Made by a program: the position numbers and the translations under genes. This document shows positions 1-12,700 of a stretch of 64,000 nucleotides of DNA, piece by piece. Within the stretch, counting starts at the first letter, position 1; every line of letters starts with the position of its first letter. The notes below the pieces were generated by a model. The model ran no database searches and was not told the origin of the DNA. It saw only the letters and a program-made list of their open reading frames with translations. This DNA is from Macrostomum hystrix (taxonomy: Eukaryota; Animalia; Platyhelminthes): assembly GCA_950097015.1 (NCBI GenBank), contig CATNEN010000001.1, positions 5,332,001 through 5,396,000 of the forward strand, read 5' to 3'.

Positions 1-660
1 AGAATGAGGATTTGGGATTTTGTCTCGGATTCGGGATTCAGAATAAGGATATGGAATGAGGATTTGGGATTCAAAATGAGGATTTGGGATAAAAACTGAG
101 GATTCAGGATTCAGAATGAAGATTTAGGATTCAAAATGAGGATTCGGGATTCAAAATGATGATTTGGGATTCAGAATGATGACTTGGGATTCAGAATGAT
201 GATTTGGGATTCAGAATGATGACTTGGGATTCAAAATGAGGATTTTGGATTCAAAATGAGGATTTTGGATTAAGAATGATGATTTGGATTCAAAATGAGG
301 ATTTTGGATTAAGAATGATGATTTGGGATTCAAAATGAGGATTTTGGATTAAGAATGATGATTTGGGATTCAAAATGAGGATTTTGGATTAAGAATGATG
401 ATTTGGGATTCAAAATGAGGATTTTGGATTAAGAATGATGATTTGGGATTCAAAATGAGGATTTTGGATTAAGAATGATGAGTTGGGATTCAGAATGAGG
501 ATTTAGGATTCAAAATGAGGATTTTGGATTCAAAATGAGGATTTGGGATTCAGAATGATGATTTGGGATTAAAAATGATGATTTGGGATTCAGAATGAGG
601 ATTTGGGATTCAAAATGAGGATTTGGGATTCAGAATGAGAATTTAGGATTCGGAATGAGA
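1..660. repeat. 20-bp minisatellite (gattcagaatgaggatttgg)n
   Basis: Tandem units in a talin intron; runs off the window edge. Confidence 0.95.
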
Positions 661-781
661 ATATTAAACTCCAGAGGATTTTGACATTTTAAATGAGGAT
701 TTGTAACTTAATACGAGCGTATTTCGGAGATACAAATTTAAAACAAAGAACTCGAACACTGCAAACAGCCAGTTAACATAC

Positions 782-3700
782 CGGCTGAGGAGCTGTGCAC
801 CAAATCGCCAGTTGCCTGATTTAAGTTCACCGCGGCGCTAGTGAAGTCAGTCTGCAGAGAGCTATAGTCGGCACCGTCTGGCAAGCCGGCATAGTCCAGC
901 CAGCGCTCCCTGTCCTGACCCAGATCGGAGGATTGGGAACCTGTTTGAGGCGGGCCGGAGCCCATCTTCAGCTGATGTTGGCGTTGAGTGATCAGACGGA
1001 TGACATTGTCAACTTGACGAGCCCCTGGCACGTGATTAGAAAGCGAGGCTAGGGCTTCGGCTAACTCGGACCGAAGCGACTGCAGATGCTTGTAGGCGTC
1101 CGGAGTCAGTTGGTTCTGCTCGTTGGCCGGTCGAGACGGTTGGAGACTGTAGACAAGAAATGTGATAATTATGACCATTTTATGTATGAGCCTGTTCTGC
1201 AAATTACGATTCAAGTCATTTTTAAACGTAGAAAATTTGTTTAATTATGAACAGTTATAGATAACCAGTTTTGGTAATGACCTATCTGCGATGACCTGTT
1301 TCGGTAATGACCTGTCATCTACGATCGTATGACCAGTTTCGTTAATTACCTGTCATCTACGATCGAATGACCAGTTTCGTTAATTACCTGTCATCTACGA
1401 TCGTATGACCAGTTTCGTTAATGACCTGTCATCTACGATCGTATGACCAGTTTCGTTAATGACCTGTCATCTACGATCGAATGACCAGTTTCGTTAATTA
1501 CCTGTCATCTACGATCGAATGACCAGTTTCGTTAATTACCTGTCATCTACGATCGAATGACCAGTTTCGTTAATTACCTGTCATCTACGATCGTATGACC
1601 AGTTTCGTTAATGACCTGTCATCTACGATCGTATGACCAGTTTCGTTAATGACCTGTCATCTACGATCGTATGACCAGTTTCGTAAATGACCTGTCATCT
1701 ACGATCGAATGACCAGTTTCGTTAATTACCTGTCATCTACGATCGAATGACCAGTTTCGTTAATTACCTGTCATCTACGATCGTATGATCAGTTTCGTTA
1801 ATGACCTGTCATCTACGAACGTATGACCAGTTTCGTTAATGACCTGTCATCTACGATCGTTTGACCAGTTTCGTTAATGACCTGTCATCTACGATCGTAT
1901 GACCAGTTTCGTTAATGACCTGTCATCTACGATCGTATGACCAGTTTCGTTAATGACCTGTCATCTACGATCGTATGACCAGTTTCGTAAATGACCTGTC
2001 ATCTACGATCGAATGACCAGTTTCGTTAATGACCTGTCATCTACGAACGTATGACCAGTTTCGTTAATGACCTGTCATCTACGATCGAATGACCAGTTTC
2101 GTTAATGACCTGTCATCTACGATCGTATGACCAGTTTCGTTAATGACCTGTCATCTACGATCGTATGACCAGTTTCGTTAATGACCTGTCATCTACGATC
2201 GTATGACCAGTTTCGTTAATGACCTGTCATCTACGATCGTATGACCAGTTTCGTTAATGACCTGTCAGTTCAAAAATGACCTGAAATCAATGACCCTTTC
2301 AATGAGGACCTGTCATTCGAAACCTATTAATGACCTCACCTGTACTTTCTCAACGCATCAATATAGTCATGAGCGGCGTCTAGCACTCGACTAGTATCGC
2401 TGACAATCGCCTGCTCCTCGTCCGGATCCCGACCAGATGAGCCAGCCGAGAATGCCAACAGGCTGCGCATAGATTCCAGGACATCCTTCAACCGGTTGGA
2501 CATCTCCTTGGCCCTGGTGCCGCACTGATCAACGCTGCCATCCGAGCAGGCATTGCCAGCGCCGGCCGATTCCTGATTGATAGCCTTCTGACTCTGCGTC
2601 AGCTGAATGGTGGCGTCAACAAGCGAGTCGCCAGGCAGCGGCAATAGGGGACCATCGCGAAGGTCCCGCTCAATATCGGATAGATCGTGCCTGAGTCGGC
2701 GAACCTGCTCCAGAGCGCAGTCCAAATCCATGTGGCGAACAACGCTGTTGCTGCTGTCGATTGCAACGCGCAACTCTTTCAGGGCATTCTGCAACTGGTT
2801 GATGCTGCTGTTTAGTGATCTGGAACAATAGGTTGCCGATATGTATCGAAAAATAAAAGATTACCGATATGTATCGAAAAAAATTATTTGCCTATATGTA
2901 TCGAAACATTATTTGCCGATATGTATTTAAAAACTTATAATATTCGTATTGTATCATTTCAATAAGGCCTGATTATGCAGCCGAAAGCGCAGTCCATAGC
3001 ATCTGTTCAGTCCATGAAACTGGGATGGACGCCACATCCACCCATGAGTACCCCAGCTAATGTCGTTAGCTATGTAACAGCTGGGTGAACTAAAGCATCA
3101 CAGAGTTGTCTTGTTAAAGGACAAAAAATGCTCCACCAATAATGAGAATCGAACCCCAACCTTCAAGTCGAGAATCCGATATGTGCCGATATGTATCGAA
3201 AAATTCATCACTTAAACGATACTATTTAACGTTTTACAAATGATTAACATAGAATAATTAATTTCTCTCACCTCTGCAGAGCGCCATCCGACACAGTTGG
3301 GTGCATAATCCTAGACGAATTTACCAAATCCTGGCAGGGCGGCAGGAAATGCTGACAAGATCCAATCAGCTCCAGCTGAGCCACGGTGTCGTCTGGATCT
3401 CGACGCACCGCCCTAACCGACAATATCAGCCTAGGAATCATTTCCGCAACAGTTTTACAGTCCTGAGTTAGCTGATAATTGCTAGCTCGAGATTTTTTAG
3501 CCGCACCCTGAGCAGTATTAACTAACTCGGTGGCGGCAATGATAGCAATCTGAGATGCGTATTGCAGCGATTTAATAACTCGAGATTTGATAACATTCTC
3601 GCCGACTGTGTTAATCAGTTGTCGCAACGAATCGGCGGCTACGCGCAGATCGCTTTGATGCGCCACGGAGTCTGGCTGGCTGGCGCAAGCCTGAGATAAA

Positions 3701-6700
3701 TTAACAAAGATAATCATATATGTTGATATTTGTCTAACTTCTATGTTTTAAGCGTAGTGATTCAATTTAACCATTCAAACAAATGATTTAATAAAAATTA
3801 TGCAATGTGAATAACACGATCTGTAATTCATAAATGTGAAATTTTAATTTTTTCTACTCGTAGTTTTAATTTAAAATTCGACAAGAATTACTGTTGCTTT
3901 TATAATATTGTAAATAATTTTTTGAACGAAATACCTTGCATATTAAGCATAGATAAGACGTAATAACGATTTCTTTTTTTAACATTTTAATTTACATTTA
4001 TCTTTAAAAAAATATTTTTCCGTTATTGAGAAGATTCGATGTGTATTATGGATAGATAATTTAAATTACCCTGTAAAAAATTCGGCTGCTTCTTCGGCGG
4101 GTTTTTTGTGCAAAATTGGAGTGGAATCTACCAAAATCCACCCTATTTTGCAAGAGTTAAAGAAACCACCCAGGAAGCAGCCGATGTAACCGTAAATTGT
4201 GCGGAAACCGCCGAAGAATCACCCGAACCAGTGGCCCATGGGACAACCAGAGAATTATTTACGGGCGATTCCTCAGCGGTTTCTGAGCATGGAATCCTCC
4301 GAACTGGAGGATTCTTTGGGTGATTCAATTTCGCCACCAAGAAGCACCGAGAAACCGCCCAGTTGGGTAGATTCTAAGCATGGAATCATCCGATTGGTAT
4401 GTTTCCAGCGTTCGGCTGTTTCTTTTTCTGGAAACACCGCAGATTCCAACTGGAATCACCCAAAGAAACATCCCTATTTTTAGCGGGTAAACAGAAACAA
4501 CTAAATATTTAAGGTGGGCAAAAAACTACTAATAGTAGATAGCGAATAAATCATATAGACATAAGAAAGATGGCTGCGTGAATTTAAATAAATAAATTTG
4601 AATCGTGCAATCTGATAAATAGTGCATTTAAATAAAAATAAACTAATAAATCAATATGACTATATCGAGTCGCGTTGCAGCTTACATCAGATGTGGCATC
4701 CTTAATTACCAACTAGATTCAATTTAAAAAAATATTTTTTCATTTTTTACTTGAATAAAATTATATAAATTCATAAAAAGTATTCACACATGCAAGCGCA
4801 TTAAAAACATGTGTTCAAAATCACGGCTTTGTTTTAACGCGATTTTTTTAATTTGACGCTAAGATACTTTCATCATACTTATAGTAGGCTAGAGAGACTA
4901 CTGACTACTTTTTTAATTAGTTAGCACACAGAATTATGCAAAAATCAACTGCCTACAGTGCTATAGCAGTTATAAAAATAACTGAATAAATCACATATAC
5001 TACTATGTTGAGTTCCTTTATCAAATCTATACTCACATCGACGCTGTCAAATCCAATAGCATCATTGGATGTGTTAGTACGTGCCGCTATTGCAGCGGCA
5101 TATTCAGCACCCCGCTGATAACAAATTGTTAAGACAATGAGTTAGAATAAAATACTTACATTTCTACTAACAGTAGCCTAATAAAAACATGTAGAATTAT
5201 TTTTAAATAATCCTTATACCTATTATTGATGTAAGCAGATCAATATTAGGATTTCGGATTCAAAATAATTGAAATAGGGATTTGAAGCTGAAGAATTTCG
5301 GCATTAGTTGTTTTTTAAAATAGGTTTTTTTCAATTTCAAAGACTGCAAAAGTAGAATGCATTTAAAACACGGCCTAAAATTTTCCGCTCTAACAACATT
5401 CTGAAACAATTTCCAGAATCACCAGATGGCAAAATCTAGCATTATAGGGATAATTATTCGGTTTGGGAGCTATCGTGAAGTACCTAGTGGGTATTTAGCG
5501 TGGTGTATCTACTGTTAATGGATATATTTTCCTGATTGAGATCAGGTAATAATTTAGGGATAAAAAAATATAAGACCCTGTAAAACTAGGTAGATAAAAA
5601 AAGCCGACATTAAAAAGCAAATCACAATTTTATCTCACCTTCGCACTCTCAATCATTCTAGCCGTGGCGTCGGCTAGATCCTTAGCCGCTGTCAGTAATT
5701 TTCTCTGCTGAGCTTCATCCTTCTGAGCCTCAGCCTGAGCCTTCAGGCTAGCAACCAGTTGAGCAGTGTGAACCGCAGCTTTGCGAGCGTACTTAGCCAT
5801 AGCAGCGGAGTCTCCAGAGCTATCGGCCAGGGCAGCTGTGACCTGGTCAATCTCTCTCACAGCCGAATCGTGAGTTGTTGTCAACGGGCCGGCCGCTATG
5901 TGACGTTCCAGTAGGTCTACGGCATTGTTCACCTTTGATTTGGGAATTGATTAGCGCCGAGAAAACTGGGATTATCAGTGTAATGTAATGTAATGGAAAG
6001 TCAGTGTAATGGGCAGAATTGTCTCCTCGCTAGCTGCGGGTCTATTGTCACCAAAAATGTGCCAGCGCCTACACAGCCCTACTGTGCAAAAGCAAGTACA
6101 CACTGTACCTGTTGTACAGATTCGGCAATCTCTTCAATTAGCGGCTCCTCAGCCTGAGGCGCCACATCCGAAGCCGTAGCTAACAGCTGTTGGACAGATC
6201 TGGTCACGCATTTGGCCGCTTCCAATAGCTGCGCCTGGCAGGCTGGTTGCTGGGCAACGGGAGCCACCACTTTGGCCGTGGCCACCAGGCGTTGGGTGTT
6301 AATACCGGCGTTTGTAGCTGACGCAATCAACGCTTCCTGATGCTCAGGTTCTTCTAGTCTGAATGCATTCAGGATAAGGTCGGATTCTGGTAAGTACACT
6401 ATTGACAAGTTAAAAGTACAAAATTTAAGCAAAAAGTGCAAACATTTGAACTAAAAGTACAAAATGTAAAACTAAAAGTACAAACCCTTAAGTTAAAAGT
6501 ACAAACCTTTCAAGTAAAAGTACAGACTTTTAAAAAAAGGACAAAGTTTTTAATTTAAAGTACAGACTTTTAAATTAAAAGTACACACTTTCAAACTAAA
6601 GTACTTTCATCCTTCGATCCTTCATCCTTCGAACTAAAAGTACAAACCCTTAAGTTAAAAGTACAAACCCTTAAGTTAAAAGTACAAACCTTTCAAGTAA

Positions 6701-9700
6701 AAGTACAGACTTTTAAAAAAAGGACAAAGTTTTTAATTTAAAGTACAGACTTTTAAATTAAAAGTACACACTTTAAAACTAAAGTACGCAATTTGTAACT
6801 AAAAGTAGGGAATCTAAAATTAAAAGTACAATTTTTTAACTCAATTTACAGGATAAAGCACCCACCTCTGCGTGAGTAGTTTAGCCCGTCCAATCAGCTG
6901 AGCAGCTTGGTGGGCCACATCTTCAGCTAGTCGAAGTAAAGCCTCCCTAAATTGCACAACTTCTTCAGAGCCGCCAGCTCCGCTAACGTCGCCGGCGCAG
7001 TCCTCCTGCAGAGCGGCAATCAAATACTGACAGATGCCGGAGATTTCGTCGATGCCATCTAGTAGACGCTTCCTTCTAGCAGCTTCCATGCGTTCGCGAT
7101 CCGGCGTGTAGGGATCCAATGGTTGGGCGGCATTCAGCAGGTCTGAGAACGCGTCGGCTAGATTTCTGGCCGCGTTCAATAGGGAGTCTTTGTCTAACAC
7201 GGGCTGGTTGCCTGAGGATGCAAGATGAGGGATAATTTGAAACTAATATGTCTTTGTTTGCATCGATAATATGTTAGTTAGAACCTGTTGGATTCTTATA
7301 GAACCTGTTAGATTCTTATAGAACCTGTTAGATTCTTATAGAACCTGTTGGATTCTTATAGAACCTGTTAGATTCTTATAGAACCTGTTGGATTCTTATA
7401 GAACCTGTTAGATTCTTATAGAACCTGTTAGATTCTTATAGAACCTGTTAGATTCTTATAGAACCTGTTAGATTCTTATAGAACCTGTTAGATTCTTATA
7501 GAACCTGTTAGATTCTTATAGAACCTGTTAGATTTTTATAGAACCTGTTAGATTCTAATAGAACCTGTTAGACTCTTATAGAACCTGTTAGATTCTTATA
7601 GAACCTGTTAGACTCTTATAGAACCTGTTAGATTCTTATAGAACCTGTTAGATTCTTATAGAACCTGTTAGATTCTTATAGAACCTGTTGGATTCTTATA
7701 GAACCTGTTAGATTCTTATAGAACCTGTTGGATTCTTATAGAACCTGTTAGATTCTTATAGAACCTGTTAGATTCTTATAGAACCTGTTAGATTCTTATA
7801 GAACCTGTTAGATTCTTATAGAACCTGTTAGATTCTAATAGAACCTGTTAGATTCTTATAGAACCTGTTGGATTCTTATAGAACCTGTTAGATTCTTATA
7901 GAACCTGTTAGATTCTAATTGAAACTGTTAGATTCTTATAGGACCTGTTAGATTCTTATAGAACCTGTTAGATTCTAATTGAAACTGTTAGATTCTTATA
8001 GGACCTGTTAGATTCTTATAGAACCTGTTAGATTCTAATTGAAACTGTTAGATTCTTATAGGACCTGTTAGATTCTTATAGAACCTGTTAGAATCTTATA
8101 GAACATGTTAGATTCTTATAGAACCTGTTAGATTCTTATAGAACCTGTTAGATTCTTATAGAACCTGTTAGATTCTTATAGAACCTGTTGGATTCTTATA
8201 GAACCTGTTAGATTCTTATAGAACCTGTTAGATTCTAATAGAACCTGTTAGATTCTTATAGAACCTGTTGGATTCTTATAGAACCTGTTAGATTCTTATA
8301 GAACCTGTTGGATTCTTATAGAACCTGTTAGATTCTTATAGAACCTGTTAGATTTTTATAGAACCTGTTAGATTCTAATAGAACCTGTTGGATTCTTATA
8401 GAACCTGTTAGATTCTTATAGAACCTGTTGGATTCTTATAGAACCTGTTAGATTCTTATAGAACCTGTTCGATTTTTATAGAACCTGTTAGATTCTTACA
8501 GTATCTGTTGGATTCTTATAGAATATGTTAGATTCTTATAGAACCTGTTAGATTCTAATTGAACCTGTTATATTATTTTTGAACCTGTTTGATTCTAATT
8601 GAACCTATTATATTATTTTTGAACCTGTTAGATTCTTATAGAACCTGTTAGATTCTAATTGAACCTGTTATATTATTTTTGAACCTGTTATATTATTTTT
8701 GAACCTGTTAGATTCTAATTGAACCTGTTAGATTTAGTCAGAACCTGTTAGATTCTAATTGAACCTGTTATATTATTTTTGAACCTGTTATATTATTTTT
8801 GAACCTGTTAGATTCTAATTGAACCTGTTAGATTATAATTAAACCTGTTAGATTCTAATTAAACCTGTTAGATTCTAATTAAACCTGTTAGATTTAGACA
8901 GAACCTGTTCGATTCTAATGCAACCTGTTAGATGTAGACAGAACCTGTTAGATTCTAATGCAACCTGTTAGATGTAGACAGAACCTGTTAGATTCTAATG
9001 CAACCTGTTAGATGTAGACAGAACCTGTTAGATTCTAATTAAACCTGTTAGATTTAGACAGAACCTGTTCGATTCTAATTAAACCTGTTAGATGTAGACA
9101 GAACCTGTTCGATTCTAATGCAACCTGTTAGATGTAGACAGAACCTGTTAGATTTAGAGAAAATCAAGCATCAAGCTCACCAACATCGCCAAACTGTCGC
9201 TGCTGCTGTTCCTGCAGTGACACCACAGTTTTCACATCGGTGAGAATGTGCTCAACATTGGTTGCAATAGTGTGAACAGCAGAGCCAACAATCATGTACA
9301 CATCGTCGCCATCATCCATTGTGGTTGTCCGCAGCAGGTCGGCGGTGGCAGCGGAAGCAGAAGTCAGGTTGCTGCTAATGTTTGCTCTGGACAGCTCGGA
9401 TTTCTGCTCCAGGTAGCGGCGGCTTGCCATATCTTTGCCTGATTAGGTTTGTAGGAGAATTGAGAGGAAGGGAGAATTAGGAGGAATAGGATTAAAAAAT
9501 AAAAAAACGATGGGATCAATAATTGGATGGGTTGATAATGGGATGGCGTTTGGCATAGGAGAAGTTTAATAACTGGATCAGTAATCTGATTTGAGTGAGA
9601 ATAAGATAAGATTAAGAATAGTATACAGCCAAGAATATGGTGAACTCATTATGATGGGGATAAAAATGGGATTGTGATTATAAAAATGACAACAGATTAA

Positions 9701-12700
9701 GAATGACTTGGATATGACCAATAATTGGATATAGGATTAACAAGGAATAGAATTAAGAATGGTGAAGGAAAAAACAAGATTTCAATAGAAAAACAATAGA
9801 AAAAACTTATTTTGACACAAAAAATCTCCAAGGAGATTTGAGCACAGTGATTTCACTAACCAATAGGCGCATATTCGTCCGGTTCGTCCAATCCACTGCG
9901 AGCCATCTGAATTACGCCGACATTTTCCTGCACGGTGGTTATAAGGGCCCGCTGAGCTGTCGGCAGTTCGTGCACTCGATAGCCAACCTGACCAACCCTG
10001 GCCAGGTCATGCCTAGACGAAGCGTTGCTGATGTCGAATGCGCCGCCGCCGCCAGCGGTGTGCTCAGTGGAAGCCAGACTGCCGTGGCTTACTGGGCGAG
10101 CCGAGGCTTGAGCAGCGAATGCTGGCAAATTTGGTTGAGAATGGTTTGAGAACACTTTGATTTATTGTGATTGTATACTAATAAACACAATACTACGGCG
10201 AGGATGAAAAGAAAAGAAAATAATTTCGAGAGGGGAAATCGCAGGGCGAAAGGGGAAAATTGACGGCGAGGGATGAAATCGGACGGCGAGGGTTGAAATC
10301 GGAAGGCGAGGGATGAAATCGGACGGCGAGAGTTGAAATCGGACGGCGAGGGATGAAATTTGACGGCGAGGGATGATATTAGACAGCGAGGGATTACATC
10401 GGACGGCGAGGGATGACATCGGACAGCGAGGGATGAAATCGGACAGCGAGGGATGAAATCGGACGGCGAGGGATGAAATCGGACGGCGAGGGATGAAATC
10501 GGACGGCGAGGGATGAAATCGGACGGCGAGAGTTGAAATCGGACGGCGAGGGATGAAATCGGACGGCGAGGGATGAAATCGGACGGCGAGGGATGAAATC
10601 GGACGGCGAGGGTTGAAATCGGACGGCGAGAGTTGAAATCGGACGGCGAGGGATGAAATTTGACGGCGAGGGATGTAATCGGACGGCGAGGGATGAAATT
10701 AGACAGCGAGGGATGACATCGGACGGCGAGGGATGACATCGGACGGCGAGGGATAAAATCGGACGGCGAGGGTTGAAATCGGACGGCGAGAGTTGAAATC
10801 GGACGGCGAGGGATGAAATTTGACGGCGAGGGATGTAATCGGACGGCGAGGGATGAAATTAGACAGCGAGGGATGACATCGGACGGCGAGGGATGACATC
10901 GGACGGCGAGGGATAAAATCGGACAGCGAGGGATGAAATCGGACGGCGAGTGATGACATCGGACGGCGAGGGGAGAAATCGAAGGGAGTGAGGCACACCT
11001 AGACTTTCAATATAATAGCAGTAACTACCTGGCATAATGAATGATCCCTCACGGCTACTATAATTAACGTCTGGCCCATCGATGTGACCAATAGATTGTA
11101 CACATTTCTCTTCGACGCACTGTTCAATGATAGCCTGCTGTTCTTCGCCGTCGGCGTCAACAATATCTTTGTACTTTTGTTTTTTAACAATCAAATCAAT
11201 ATAGGCGCTGATTAGTTTAGTAATAGATTCCCCTTCGGGAGTTTTGGCTGTGATGGCTCGGTCTGAGTAGCCGCCAAAGTCTAGCGTGAATCCGTGAACA
11301 GTGGCGGCCCACTTTTTCACAGAGGTAAGCGGCCATTTCTTTAGGATTTGTTTAGTCTTCTGGTCGACACTGTAGACGGAGTGTTTAGAAACGCCAAATA
11401 GGCGAGGCACCAGCTTGTTTTTTGAAGTCATTTTCTCCTGGAAATTGTGATGCAGGCATTTTAATACAGTAGTTGAAAACACGAGACAATAAAAAGGGCG
11501 AGACGGCGAGAAGGGGAGAAAGCGAAAATAGCGGGTAGGTGATATGGCGAGAGTGCGCGAGAGGGCGAGGCAATCAGAGTGAGATAGGGCGAGAGGGCGA
11601 GATAATCTGAGTGAGATAGGGCGAGAGGGCGAGATAATCTGAGTGAGATAGGGCGAGAGAGCGAGATAATCAGAGAGAGATAGGGCGAGAGGGCGAGATA
11701 ATCAGAGTGAGATAGGGCGAGAGGGCGAGATAATCAGAGTGAGATAGGGCGAGAGAGCGAGATAATCAGAGGGAGATAGGGCGAGAGAGCGAGATAATCA
11801 GAGGGAGATAGGGCGAGAGGGCGAGATAATCAGAGTGAGATAGGGCGAGAGGGCGAGATAATCAGAGGGAGATGGGGCGAGAGGGCGAGATAATCAGAGT
11901 GAGATAGGGCGAGAGGGCGAGATAATCAGAGGGAGATGGGGCAAAATGGCGAGACAATCAGAGTGAGATAGGGCGAGAATGCGAGATAATCAGAATGAAA
12001 TAGAGCGAGAGGGCGAGAAGGCTAATATAGCGGGAGATAGGGCTGGAGGGCGAGGAGTTAAGATGTCAAGATAGCGAGCTAACGAGAGGACCAAAGGGTG
12101 AAAGGGCGTGGGGCGAGAGGGCGAGATGGCGAATAGATTTTCACTGCAGTTCTCATACTTTCACACCAATTCGCTCACCTTAACCAAGAAGAAATTAATT
12201 CCGTAGGTTTCAAGCGATCGGCAAAAGTTGACATATTTCAGCTTGGCTTCAATCTCAGTGGCGCCTTGGCAATTTCGTTGGGCGGCGAAGATTTTCTTCT
12301 CGATGCCCTTAACCTTGCGGTATTCGTCCGGTAGAAACTCGCGGAGGCTAAGAGAGAAAATTTTTTAATTGATTCATAAGGTTTGATACATAGAAGATAT
12401 AGTATTATATTAACATATTTTTCTACTACTAATAATATTAATTAATTACACCTGCCCCAGTTGGGCCTAGTGTGCAGCCGACAGCACAGCCGCAGCTAAT
12501 GCGCGGCGCATCTGAAGTCTGCGTACAGCTGTTCAGTCCATGGACTGGGGGGAAGCCACACCTACCTTCAATTATCCCAGCTAATGCTGGTACCCATTTA
12601 ACAGCTGGGTAAACTGAAGCAATGCAGAGTTAAGCTTCTTGCTAAAGGACACAAGTTGTTTCAGTGGTGTCGGGAATCGAACCCCCGACCTTCAAGTCGT

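Noticed and set aside
1275-2270. CRISPR-like array (also considered for the other 30-38 bp arrays)
   Set aside because: Head-to-tail repeats without unique spacers, in eukaryotic introns, with no cas genes.
5933-5935. Excess of AAG 3' splice sites (also 35792, 44963, 57272)
   Set aside because: About 4 of 33 introns is too few to call unusual without genome-wide counts.
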